Shown one piece after another: positions 18,723-31,851 of a stretch of DNA of 32,000 bases. Under the pieces are notes generated by a model that saw only the letters and a list, made by a program, of their open reading frames with translations, did not search any database and had not been told where the DNA came from. The translations under genes and the position numbers were made by a program. Position 1 is the first letter of the stretch; each line of letters starts with the position of its first letter. Source of the stretch: Paramicrosporidium saccamoebae KSL3 (lineage: Eukaryota; Fungi; Cryptomycota); NCBI GenBank assembly GCA_002794465.1, contig MTSL01000101.1, forward strand, positions 78,792-110,791, in the 5' to 3' direction.

Positions 18723-21662
18723 TTACGCCTTTCCAGTGTACTTGTACTCATCTCTATATGTTTTGATCAGATTGCGCAAGATGACTTTGGAGTCATCGGT
18801 GGTTGCAAATCGCATCAGTCGCTCCATCGGATTGCTGTCAAAGTACTTTTCAGTGGACGGAGGCGTGTCCAAATGACGCAGCAACATGCACATGGCGGGA
18901 AGTTGCAGTAGTCGGAGATTAGCAGACAAACTACAATGGGCAAGCAGAAGCGGCGCAACATAGTAATGTTGATCGGCCTGTCGATGAGTGGCAAAGTCCA
19001 ATAGCAAACGTGCCGTTCGGGGCTGCGACATCCAACGCACAAGAAGGGACAACAACACCGGCCGTCTGCGTAGCAATGCATTCCAATGGTTTTGCATCAG
19101 TACAGACAGCAGGGAAATGACGCCCGGATCGTCGGATCGGACGAGGATGGCCAATACGACGTCAAGGATTTGAGAAAAGGTACCGAGATTAGCACCACCA
19201 CAGACCGTGCGATGATGGAGTAGTTTAATCCACGCGCCGGACTGGTTAGAGTGAGTAAGGATGAAGCGATCAACCACCGGACAGGCGAGTAATTGACATT
19301 CCACAGATTGGATCAAAAATGCATCCAAAAGAGATATCATCCGGTCACTAAATCCTTGGGTCTCGAGAGTGGCAAGGACAGCAGAAATGTCATCAGGATT
19401 GGAGCCCCTGATGAAACGTGCCAAATCCGTTCCAGACAGCAAATTTCCCTGTAGATATTCGTCGCTAGCCTTTTGGAGATTTACATCGGCAAGATGTCCC
19501 AGCCCTGACTCGTAAAATGCAATGCGCATCCTCCACCGTTGTGACTCTGAAAGACCGATTTGCATAGTGCAATCCCGATCGAGATGTCGACTAATACAGC
19601 ATCCCAATCGGTAGAATTCTGGCCGGGTTGCATTCGTTGGGTTTGATGAGGTTGGTTGGGGTAAATTAGACGTATCTAGCGGACTTGCTGTATCCGTTGT
19701 ATTCATTGCATCCATTACAGCCACTGTATCCAGTGTATTCTCCGCACTCGCCACGTCCATCACACTCATTGCATCTAATGATAAAAATGCCTCAACAATG
19801 GGCTGCAATTGGGACGGAGAGAGTTTCTCAAGAATATTGACAACACTGATCATTTGATGCAGAGAAGCAGCGGCAAATTCCTGGACAAATTCAACAGAAA
19901 CGGATCCACGTTCAAAAAGTAGCAATTTGATTGGGGAAGCACCGCATCGGAACAAACGCTCCATCATGTCAACAGGAAAGGCGCCGTGAAGCAGCTTGGC
20001 CAAATGGGGTTCATGAAGGCTGTTGGATCGATCCAGTACATTTAGACAGGTCAGACAAACTTCCGCACTAGGAGTTATTGGAAGATGTTTCAAGATGATT
20101 GGGAGATTGTCCAGATTTTCCAACAGCAGTTGATCGACATTGGGCACTGTCTCCCAAAACACGGCACTGGTTAGAATCCATTCTGGAGGGGATTTGAGGG
20201 AGAGTTGTGTTCCATGGCAAAGTAACTTGGGAAGATAGCGATACGAAATCTCCGGATCGTCCATCCGAGTGGGAATGGGGCCGTGTCCTTTGAGTGCAAG
20301 CGCCGTCTGTACTGCGGGACAGTCTACACTAAATGCGGAAATTTCTTGGTAAAGTTCAGCGTCGAGATCTGCAGTGTCCACAATCAATTGAAGTACCCGA
20401 AACAGATCCTCCGAGGGCGGAGTAGACAGAAGGATACGGATATGCAGAGCCACTTGCTCCACATTGATAGTAGCGAATAGATTCAACCAACGCATTGCCG
20501 TGATCGTTGGTTTCTGCACTAGCGACGCAATAATCTCTTGAGAAACCCGCGAATGGAGAGTTACGATCAGAGGACGTAGACTTTTGATCAGCTCTAATGG
20601 AATGTCTGTCTCTAAAGACTCGACAATAAACCGATCCAACTGACGGGCATCGGCCATATTCTTGACGACATTTCTAAACAGCAATTCCCAGCCCGTCTTG
20701 AAGAGGACAAAGAACCGATGCAGATGTGGCGTCATTAATCCCATATCCACCCGAAGGACACTCTCAAACACGGCTAAATCGTCACAGCATAACAAAATAT
20801 CGTCAAGGGTCTTGGCGCAGACATCCCATGCCAAGTCGTTCTGCAGCGCCGATATCCGCGAATCTGCCAGAATGGAAATTAGTCGGGCCGGAGGGGTTTT
20901 TGCGACATTGTAAATCGTCTTGAACAAGGTCATTGTAGTCATTCTAAAGTCTCCTGTCGTCAGTCGGCTCCTCGCTGCCTCAATATACAACTCAAAATAC
21001 AGCCCCAACGGCAGATCAGATGCCACAATGGGTGCATGATGGTCCAGGAACGCTTCTTCGCAGAGGAAAAAGTCCCTTATGACGCGTCTTATGACTGTCT
21101 CGTCGGGAATTAGAGGAGCGAACTGGAGCATTTGATCCGCAAGTTCCCCATACACTTTACGTCGGTTATTCTGTCGGCCCATCCATGCACTGACCATCCT
21201 ACCGATTGTTGGAAATGTCCTTACGGCAGTTGGATGGGTTTTGATAGCAGCACGAAGGAGTTCGTCCATGGACTTGGTTGTCGTCCCCAATACCTCTTCA
21301 TGTTCCTCCATCCATTGGAGACATTTTTGCACGTCCTCAGCGCATGCACCACGGCCAAACTCGAGATACGCCGTTAGAATGGGGATGAACGGACGTCCAA
21401 ATTCGACCCGTCGTCGCTTCCCAGGTTGACTGTCCGTGAGTAAAAGATGCATCAACCTCCAGAACTGTTCATTTTGCATTACATCGGAAATCTTGTTTGA
21501 GCCCGACTTGAGGAGACGGTAAAAACTATCCAACAGCCACTCTAGTAAAAAGGTTCTCCGTGCCGGAAACACCAACGAGTCATCCTCATGCAGCTCCAAG
21601 GCTGTTCCCAGACGATCAACGAGTAGTCTTCGGGAATCCCGGATCACCTCAATACGCTCCAT
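18723..21662 (-). CDS. URB2: Nucleolar pre-rRNA processing protein Urb2/Npa2-like
   Basis: ~980-aa helical ORF; N-terminal FLLEWLL and C-terminal ...ILRNLIKTYRDEYKYTGKA resemble Urb2 termini. Confidence 0.7.
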   Translation of the reverse strand: MERIEVIRDSRRLLVDRLGTALELHEDDSLVFPARRTFLLEWLLDSFYRLLKSGSNKISDVMQNEQFWRLMHLLLTDSQPGKRRRVEFGRPFIPILTAYLEFGRGACAEDVQKCLQWMEEHEEVLGTTTKSMDELLRAAIKTHPTAVRTFPTIGRMVSAWMGRQNNRRKVYGELADQMLQFAPLIPDETVIRRVIRDFFLCEEAFLDHHAPIVASDLPLGLYFELYIEAARSRLTTGDFRMTTMTLFKTIYNVAKTPPARLISILADSRISALQNDLAWDVCAKTLDDILLCCDDLAVFESVLRVDMGLMTPHLHRFFVLFKTGWELLFRNVVKNMADARQLDRFIVESLETDIPLELIKSLRPLIVTLHSRVSQEIIASLVQKPTITAMRWLNLFATINVEQVALHIRILLSTPPSEDLFRVLQLIVDTADLDAELYQEISAFSVDCPAVQTALALKGHGPIPTRMDDPEISYRYLPKLLCHGTQLSLKSPPEWILTSAVFWETVPNVDQLLLENLDNLPIILKHLPITPSAEVCLTCLNVLDRSNSLHEPHLAKLLHGAFPVDMMERLFRCGASPIKLLLFERGSVSVEFVQEFAAASLHQMISVVNILEKLSPSQLQPIVEAFLSLDAMSVMDVASAENTLDTVAVMDAMNTTDTASPLDTSNLPQPTSSNPTNATRPEFYRLGCCISRHLDRDCTMQIGLSESQRWRMRIAFYESGLGHLADVNLQKASDEYLQGNLLSGTDLARFIRGSNPDDISAVLATLETQGFSDRMISLLDAFLIQSVECQLLACPVVDRFILTHSNQSGAWIKLLHHRTVCGGANLGTFSQILDVVLAILVRSDDPGVISLLSVLMQNHWNALLRRRPVLLSLLVRWMSQPRTARLLLDFATHRQADQHYYVAPLLLAHCSLSANLRLLQLPAMCMLLRHLDTPPSTEKYFDSNPMERLMRFATTDDSKVILRNLIKTYRDEYKYTGKA

Positions 21663-21808
21663 ACACCCCGGCATTCATGTTGATAGGACATTTATATTTG
21701 TAATCTGATATTCATTGGCTGATTATTATGCTATATTGGCCCATTATATACCCATTCTGACTTGAATTGTGAATTCCATTCTTGTCTATCCTTATCCCCT
21801 TTATCTTC

Positions 21809-23056
21809 TTACTTGAAACCTTTATCGGATCCCCGCTCTTGACAGAGGAGATAGAAATCTCGGATAATATGGGGCGATCCAAATATCACCAGTAATTCCT
21901 CGCGCATATCAGTGAGCACATCGACGAGTTCAGTGTGATTAGTGACAGTCGGATTCTGTCCATGTTGATTGTAGAGAATACGGCAAAGCTCGTGTCGATC
22001 AGCGGGGTGGATCCACGGATAATCGTCAGACGGCTTAAAATTGACAAAACTGAACCGGAATCGTCCCGTCCCCAGAGATCGCAGCATATTCTCCAACAAA
22101 TGTGTCCCCTTGTCGCTCATTCCCAATACCAAATGCACATTCTCCGCTGAAACGCTATTCCGAAGCCATGTGCAGAGGGTAGAACCGCTGTTTTGGGCGG
22201 CGTCCAAGATGATCCGTCGATTTTGGTAGTAAAACTCTTTAAAGACGTGTGGGAGGGCCAACGAGACAAAGGTACCCAAACTGGGTCGACGAAGGGGAGC
22301 GCCATTGATCTGTTCCAATAGGGGGGAAACTAGTTGGTAGGTACGCAGGGCGAGATCCACATTGTCTTCTATCTGATGGCCTGGAATGGGTAAAACAAAA
22401 TCCTTGGCAGTCAGCTGATCCGACAAATGGCCGGACTGATAGTCTGAAGAGGCAATCGTCAAATCCATGCGGCTCAGACATGTTTGCACCGCCTCGGACT
22501 GACTGGCCGCCACGACCACAGACGCTGCTGGGCGTACTATGCCGACAATATTGGCAACAATACATTCCACGCCCGTTCCCAACAGACGCGTATGGTCCTC
22601 GGCAATATTGGTCACCACTGCGGCCAATTGTCGCCCTTGCGCATGGGCCAACAAATTGGTCGCATCAAAGGTACCACCCAGAGCCGCCTCAAGGACGACA
22701 ACATCACATTGCCATTCGCGGAACAGAAGCAGAGCCACCAAAACTGTCTTCTCATAGACTGTACAGGCGGTGGAAAATATCTCATCCATCTTGCTGACAT
22801 GGCGCCACAACTCTGCATAATGGCTCGAATCCACGGGGGTTTCATTGAGCAGGATGCCGGATTGCGGAGGGGAGGAATGCACAAAGGTGCCAATACGCAA
22901 TCGACTGCCGGTGCAGAGGAGTCTGGTCAGTAGCAACGCCACCGTAGTTTTGCCATTAATGCCGCCCACATGGATGTAGTTGGGTAGGTCGTTCTGCGGG
23001 TTCTGTAGATGGTGCGCCAGTCGCAATGGCTTCTCTAGACTGAATGTGATAGTCAT
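21809..23056 (-). CDS. FolC-family (dihydrofolate/folylpolyglutamate synthase, Fol3-like) protein with degenerate motifs
   Basis: IHVGGINGKTT, DVVVLEAALGGTFDATN, TNIAEDH..LLG, ILDAAQN, YPWI, VIFGS. Confidence 0.8.
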   Translation of the reverse strand: MTITFSLEKPLRLAHHLQNPQNDLPNYIHVGGINGKTTVALLLTRLLCTGSRLRIGTFVHSSPPQSGILLNETPVDSSHYAELWRHVSKMDEIFSTACTVYEKTVLVALLLFREWQCDVVVLEAALGGTFDATNLLAHAQGRQLAAVVTNIAEDHTRLLGTGVECIVANIVGIVRPAASVVVAASQSEAVQTCLSRMDLTIASSDYQSGHLSDQLTAKDFVLPIPGHQIEDNVDLALRTYQLVSPLLEQINGAPLRRPSLGTFVSLALPHVFKEFYYQNRRIILDAAQNSGSTLCTWLRNSVSAENVHLVLGMSDKGTHLLENMLRSLGTGRFRFSFVNFKPSDDYPWIHPADRHELCRILYNQHGQNPTVTNHTELVDVLTDMREELLVIFGSPHIIRDFYLLCQERGSDKGFK

Positions 23057-23210
23057 GGAAAGACTAATGAGACAAGCCAAAATATAAAGCCGTCATGAAG
23101 CCAATCGCATTGACATCAGATAACCGTCATGCATTAATTAATATTCGTAAAGGTGCAGCATAAGCGACTGCCCCGGAAGGGACGTCTGTATACGCTGAAG
23201 GGCCGTCTGG

Positions 23211-23893
23211 ATGGGCGCCTTCTTTACGCGACTGTTTGAGCGCCTACGCGGCACCCGTGAGGTGCGCCTGCTGATGCTGGGCCTGGACAATGCCGGCAAA
23301 ACCAGTACGCATCCTGTGGTCGAACGTGTGTGTAGCCATTCTGTACAAACTTAAATTCAACCAGACCGTGACCACCATCCCAACCGCCGGGTTCAACGTC
23401 GAATGTCTCATCCACAAGAACATCAAGTTCCACGTGTGGGTACGGAGGGAGTGTGGCTGACGTGTAGGACGTGGGAGGACAGGACAAGATCCGGCCATTA
23501 TGGCGCCACTACCACACGGGCACTAAGGCCCTCATCTTTGTGGTAGACTCACAGGACCGGGACCGGCTGCACGAGGCACGTGTTGAGCTCCACCGGATCC
23601 TGACGGCACGGGAGCTACAAGACGCGATCCTACTGGTGTTTGCCAACAAACAGGATCTGCGGCAGTCCATGACGACGCGGGAGGTGGAGGAGCGCCTGGG
23701 TTTGGACAAGTTTGCAGGCCGAGTGTGGACGGTTATGGGCAGCTGTGCCACCAGCGGCGACGGACTGATGGAAGGTCTCAACTGGCTAGCCGAGAACATT
23801 CGGACACCACGCACCCGACCCGCTGGTCCTGATGTTTCAGATTCAGAAGGATCAACCAGTGCACCTGACCCAGTGGTTGTCTCTAGTCCATAA
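23211..23893 (+). CDS. ARF6: ADP-ribosylation factor, Arf6-like, with ~30-aa C-terminal extension
   Basis: MG myristoylation start, [34 protein letters not shown]; introns of 31 and 28 nt. Confidence 0.88.
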
Positions 23894-23996
23894 TGTGCCT
23901 ACTACTGTGTGTCTAATATTCGGGGGGATTAACAAATGCACCCGACCCAGTAGTTGTCTCCAGTCCATAATGTGCGTGATTACGTGTGCCTAATAT
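23861..23996 (+). repeat. 59-bp imperfect direct duplication spanning the ARF stop codon
   Basis: 23861-23919 vs 23938-23996 (gcacc.gacccagt.gttgtctc.agtccataatgtgc...); a partial third copy at 23811-23827. Confidence 0.9.
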
Positions 23997-24000
23997 ATCT

Positions 24001-24185
24001 TTGATTTTGTCATATATTCTAGAGGTAGGATAGCATTGGCTTTGTCATAGTGAGATGGTATTGATTTTGCCATATGATGGGATATTATTGATTTTACCAT
24101 CTAATGAGCTAGTATTGACTTTGTCATATAACGAGAGGATTTTGACTTTGCCATATAATGTGATGATATTGACTGTGTCTTACAA
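24001..24185. repeat. Degenerate 27-bp tandem repeat, ~6 units
   Basis: ttgattttgccatatgatgggatatta / ttgattttaccatctaatgagctagta / ttgactttgtcatataacgagaggatt / ttgactttgccatataatgtgatgata. Confidence 0.85.
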
Positions 24186-24429
24186 ATCCACCTCGAATAC
24201 TCCAACCCTACTAGCAAGATCCGACTCGGTGAGAGTGGCAATTTGCCATATATTTAATAAAACACTACCCTTATGTTTCGTTTTACCCTATCTCAAGCCC
24301 AATCCCTATCTCTGTCCCTATCCCAATCCCCCAACTGGACGACCTAATAATCCCGGTTTGGATACCTCGACTGTTTATTGGACCAAACATGCCCCGGTCA
24401 ACCCAAGGACACCACAGACCGACACTCAG

Positions 24430-25677
24430 ATGAACCTTTTCCAGAGGATATTAAATGCGGAAGCGTCTGATCCACCGACGAATCGAAGTAACAACCAAGT
24501 GCATCCCGAAGCACCCCTGGCACAACCACAGCCGATGACTAAGCGGCCGGCTATGATGTTTGACCTTGATCGGGGAGAGTCCCTCGTCATGCCGTGCCGC
24601 CCACCAGCACCGGTGCACACTGTTCCAGCCAACACAACTCCTCGGCCGCCTGTGCCAACACCGTCACGAAGGGCGTTGGTTTTGGGCGCAGAACGGCGGA
24701 TGACCTTCTTCCGTTTGGACGACTTTTTGTTAGTGCGGGCGTTGGGAACGGGCACATTTGGACGCGTCTTCTTAGCGCGCTATAAGACAGTGGCCAAGTA
24801 CTTTGCACTAAAGAAGCTGCGAAAAGTGGATGTACATCGACTGAAACAGGTGGAACATGTGCAGAATGAACGGTCCTTACTATCGCGGCTAACCCACCCG
24901 TTCATAGTGCGACTATATGCGGCCATGCAGGATGAACGTCATCTGTACATGCTGATGGAATATGCGCCTGGGGGAGAGTTGTTCCATTATCTGCGTCGTG
25001 CCGGTCGTTTCTCTGTTGACGCGGCCCGTTTTTATATCTCCGAGTTGGTTTTGGCTTTGGAGTATTTGCACTCCTTTGATGTTGCCTATCGCGACTTGAA
25101 GCCTGAGAATTTGTTATTGGACAGCGAAGGACACATCAAATTGGCCGACTTTGGCTTTGCCAAGCGCGTGCCCAATCTGACTTATACTCTCTGCGGCACT
25201 CCCGAATATTTGGCACCAGAAATTATTTTGGGTCGTGGCTATGGAAAGTCGGTTGATTGGTGGGCATTGGGGATTCTCCTTTTCGAGATGCTTACAGGAA
25301 ATCCGCCCTTTAATGGTGATACGCCTACCCAGGTCTATGAACGCACCCTTTCAGGACGACTGCACTTGCCTAATCTCGACCACGCCACTGCCGACCTCAT
25401 CAGCGGACTGTTACGGCTCGATGTCACGAAGCGACTCGGCTGTCAGGAACGCGGTGCCCAGGCCGTCAAAGAGATGGAGTTTTTCCGTGGCATCTCCTGG
25501 GACGCCGTCTATCAGCGCTGTTATCGGCCGCCGATTGTTCCGCGTGTTGGCGATGTCGACTTGGCCCTTAACTTTCCCCTCGACGACAGCAAAAGTTCCA
25601 TGGATGTCCACATTCCCAATGAGGACCTGATTCTCCAGGCTCAAGGCGTCAATTTTCCCGGCTTCACCCCCGCCTAG
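24430..25677 (+). CDS. cAMP-dependent protein kinase catalytic subunit (PKA/PRKX-like AGC kinase)
   Basis: LGTGTFGRV, RLKQVEHV.NE, YRDLKPENLL, DFGFAKR, TYTLCGTPEYLAPE, KSVDWWALG, C-terminal NFPGF. Start codon uncertain. Confidence 0.92.
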   Translation: MNLFQRILNAEASDPPTNRSNNQVHPEAPLAQPQPMTKRPAMMFDLDRGESLVMPCRPPAPVHTVPANTTPRPPVPTPSRRALVLGAERRMTFFRLDDFLLVRALGTGTFGRVFLARYKTVAKYFALKKLRKVDVHRLKQVEHVQNERSLLSRLTHPFIVRLYAAMQDERHLYMLMEYAPGGELFHYLRRAGRFSVDAARFYISELVLALEYLHSFDVAYRDLKPENLLLDSEGHIKLADFGFAKRVPNLTYTLCGTPEYLAPEIILGRGYGKSVDWWALGILLFEMLTGNPPFNGDTPTQVYERTLSGRLHLPNLDHATADLISGLLRLDVTKRLGCQERGAQAVKEMEFFRGISWDAVYQRCYRPPIVPRVGDVDLALNFPLDDSKSSMDVHIPNEDLILQAQGVNFPGFTPA

Positions 25678-25800
25678 TCGTTGCTCTGTATCAAAACTAT
25701 AGATTCGTCCGCTGAGTGGTATTTGCACTACTCTATAATAAACAGAAATTATCAAATAATGAGAGGATTTCTGCGGTGAGGGTCTGAAGTCTTGACATTC

Positions 25801-26670
25801 TCATCTGGGATCATTTGGGTGACAAATGGGACAATTGGGGTCACGCTGGAGAGAGTGAGATTGGAGGAATGCTCCTTGGACACCATTGTAAAACCAATAA
25901 TTGGCATCAGTGGTGAAGCAATTTGTTGTCAACTGTTGGGCAATTAGAACACTAATCCCTGCAATAAGTGAGGTTGTGCTGATTACGGTCGGGACTATGG
26001 CTCGGATCGTCTCCAATATATACGGCTTGTCTATTCCATCAATCCCATATTGGGCAGCACGTTTTATGGCCATTTCTCCAAACCTGTTCAGGTGCTCTTC
26101 ATCTTTAACATCAAACTCAACTGCATTTAGACGGGGCCATTCTAGGGTCAGTGTCCAGGCAACAATCTGTTCCCGATTCGTTGGCGTCCCCGTCAAGGTA
26201 CACAATGCCCAGGTTTCCCGTTCCGCATGCAGGAAGCGGGTGCAGTAAAGACACGGGGTTATACCCCCCATCACTAGTCGGACATGGCCCATCCATCCCT
26301 CTGTTCCTCCCTCAATCAATGTTACAGACAATCGACATGCCACGTCATTGAGCCATAAGCGCGTCTCCACATTGTCCACCCCACAGAGAATCAGTCCAAA
26401 CGAACTAAAATATGACATTGGCAGAGTTTCTACTCGACACACCCGAAAGGTGCATTCGACTGACGGATATACATTTACTGATTCCGCCACTATCTCTGCT
26501 TTGTAGCGACCCACGTGGTCAGTTCTGAATAGAGATTGGCGTGTCAGGTTGGACACTTCGATCGTATCCATATCAACCGCCTCCATCTTCTGAAACCCCA
26601 ATGCAACCAACTTGACAACAATTTCGCTCCCCAACGCACCCGCTCCCACCACCAATACTCGGGGCCCCAT
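25801..26670 (-). CDS. UBA3: NEDD8-activating E1 catalytic subunit Uba3-like (divergent, short)
   Basis: VLVVGAGALG, DMDTIEVSNLTRQSLF, GGTEGWMGH, PCLYC, ALCTL (catalytic Cys position), IVPTVISTT, RDPNCPIC. Confidence 0.78.
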   Translation of the reverse strand: MGPRVLVVGAGALGSEIVVKLVALGFQKMEAVDMDTIEVSNLTRQSLFRTDHVGRYKAEIVAESVNVYPSVECTFRVCRVETLPMSYFSSFGLILCGVDNVETRLWLNDVACRLSVTLIEGGTEGWMGHVRLVMGGITPCLYCTRFLHAERETWALCTLTGTPTNREQIVAWTLTLEWPRLNAVEFDVKDEEHLNRFGEMAIKRAAQYGIDGIDKPYILETIRAIVPTVISTTSLIAGISVLIAQQLTTNCFTTDANYWFYNGVQGAFLQSHSLQRDPNCPICHPNDPR

Positions 26671-26691
26671 TTATGATTTATGGATTATTCT

Positions 26692-27568
26692 TTATTCTTC
26701 GGGATCTCCAAATGCAGCCAGATTTAGTCTTGGCGGCCTGGCTTGGATCGTCTCCTCTTCATCAGTGTCAATCTGGCGGGGAGCTGAAGTAGCAGATGCT
26801 CCCCGAGAACGCAGACGTGTGGGTAGGACGGCATTAGACTCAACCGCCTTCAGTTCCTCCTCAAATTCTCGTCTCTCCTTGATCGCACTGCATTTCTCCA
26901 GTGTAGGACGACCCTCCATTCCGAGACTACGCAATATCTCCTCCAAACGAGCGATTGATTGTTTGGTGGAAAGACCATCGAGTTCCTTCTTCCAAACTTT
27001 GCGTACTCCGCATTTGAAAACATATGCCTTTAAGCGATCAATTGTGGCCTCTCCATCAGATTTGCCCTTCTTGTCCGGGTTGGAAACTTTGCTCAAAGTT
27101 TTTGAAGTTTTAGTCTTTTCCGATTCTGTAGTTCCTGGGAACTCTGAGACCTTGTTTGATTCTTTATGGACTTTAGATTTTGGTTCTGTATGGATCTTGG
27201 GCTTTTTGATTTTGGCAGTAGTGTTTTCCTTCTACATTCCAATTGGAACTCTAGCAATTTTACCTTATTTTCCGTCTCACGTGTCCTGGAATTGGCAGGA
27301 GTGATGAGTTCCTATTAGGATATTCAGCATAGATTCGCCATCACTTACATTATTCTCCAGCAGCGTCAACATGACTTCATCGATCAGACTATTAATCTCC
27401 TCCGTCTCTAACTTGGCCACGTCCATTTCCAGTGCCGTCGCCATCTTCTCCCTCAGCTCTCTTCCCGTCAAATTCCTATCAATTAGCAATCTCCTTCCAA
27501 AAGTACAATGCGCCATCCTCTTTTAAAATCTCCCGACACACCACCCGCACCTCCAGCAGGTCGCACAT
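26692..27568 (-). CDS. HIRIP3-like histone chaperone (DEK-C-like N-terminus)
   Basis: Spliced MCDLLEVRVVCREILKEDGAL|NLTGRELREKM... (3 introns); C-terminal RLKAYVFKCGVRKVWKKEL...L.MEGRPTLEKC..IKERRE. Confidence 0.72.
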
Positions 27569-27581
27569 ACCCCCGCCCGCC

Positions 27582-30805
<3,224 letters not shown>

Positions 30806-31002
30806 TTTGAGGTTGGCTGCATTGTATATTAACACTGAGGTTTACAGTAAAGACCCTGCTGATGAGTGGGTTAGTTGTAGTAAATCATTTGAGGCCATCA
30901 ATAATAAGCGGATGCTGTTTAGCAGACCCTTTATCCCTAGTCCCGTGTCACCTGCCATACTAAATCACACTGAACCATACCCTAACAACTTTTATGTGAT
31001 GA

Positions 31003-31827
31003 TCAGGCTGCGAATCTAAAATTTGGCGTATCAACAACATCCAGTAGGGAACGTGGTCCAACCAGCCGATTCATCCGTGCATAGACAATACGCACTGTCA
31101 GACCAAACACTCCCAATTTCGATGGGATTCCGAGCTTTGCCTCCTCCGCCACCACATATTTGACACTGTTGATGGAGATACGGCCGGCCGATTTCTGCCA
31201 AACCATTGAACGGTTACCGCGCCGAGGGCCTTTGATGCGGATGAGAATGCCGCGTATGGTCGCTGAGGGACTCGGCAATTGAGCCGCCTCGGTGGGAGTG
31301 AGAAAGACGCGATCACCTTGGAGCAGGGTGGAGGGATGCAAGCTCCCTGCAACCGTATCCGCTAAATGTTTTTGTGCAAGACCGAGCTTATGGAGCACCC
31401 CTTGGATTTCTTCCAGCTCTTCCCTTGCGGCCGTGTTGGATTCTTCAAATTTGAGTGTCGTCTGCAGGGCAGCCTCGCGTAGCTTTAGATGCATCTCGAC
31501 CTGCTGACATTGCATTCGTCGCCCCTCCTGGGGCGTTTTGTGTGTCCATACGGTGTGACGGTCGCTTACCATATCCAGCGTCCTCCGGATGGCTGATGCA
31601 CTCATATGCTCCAAACCACGCAACACTCGGTGTTTAATGTGACTGGCAAGCAGACCCGCGGAGCTGAGCAGGGACGGGGTGAAATGCACAGCAAGTCGGT
31701 TGGGGCCGGAGGCGCCCAATGCCGTGGCGTAACGCTCCAAGTTGGATTGTGTGTGTCGCTGATGGCCAAGCGAAAGGATACGACGGGCCTCCTCTTTTCC
31801 CAGTGTCGGAAGCACCCGATTGCGCAT
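31003..31827 (-). CDS. rps3: Nucleus-encoded mitochondrial ribosomal protein uS3 (rps3-like); start may be 31860
   Basis: C-terminal IRGILIRIKGPRRGNRS...AGRISINS...AEEAK..IPSKLGVFGLTVRI matches the ribosomal S3 C-domain pattern; SSAGLLASHIKHRV resembles the pre-C-domain helix. Intronless. Confidence 0.72.
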   Translation of the reverse strand: MRNRVLPTLGKEEARRILSLGHQRHTQSNLERYATALGASGPNRLAVHFTPSLLSSAGLLASHIKHRVLRGLEHMSASAIRRTLDMVSDRHTVWTHKTPQEGRRMQCQQVEMHLKLREAALQTTLKFEESNTAAREELEEIQGVLHKLGLAQKHLADTVAGSLHPSTLLQGDRVFLTPTEAAQLPSPSATIRGILIRIKGPRRGNRSMVWQKSAGRISINSVKYVVAEEAKLGIPSKLGVFGLTVRIVYARMNRLVGPRSLLDVVDTPNFRFAA

Positions 31828-31851
31828 GGAAAACGAAAATGAAATTTCTGT

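Noticed and set aside
21727-21738. 12-mer TATGCTATATTG shared with 6293-6304
   Set aside because: A single short AT-rich match could arise by chance.
24055-24429. 125-aa N-terminal extension of PKA as the main product
   Set aside because: Composed of AT-rich tandem repeats and hexamer tracts; kept only as a low-interest possibility.
26612-27304. 230-aa plus-strand ORF
   Set aside because: Antisense to the HIRIP3-like gene, which has recognisable motifs.
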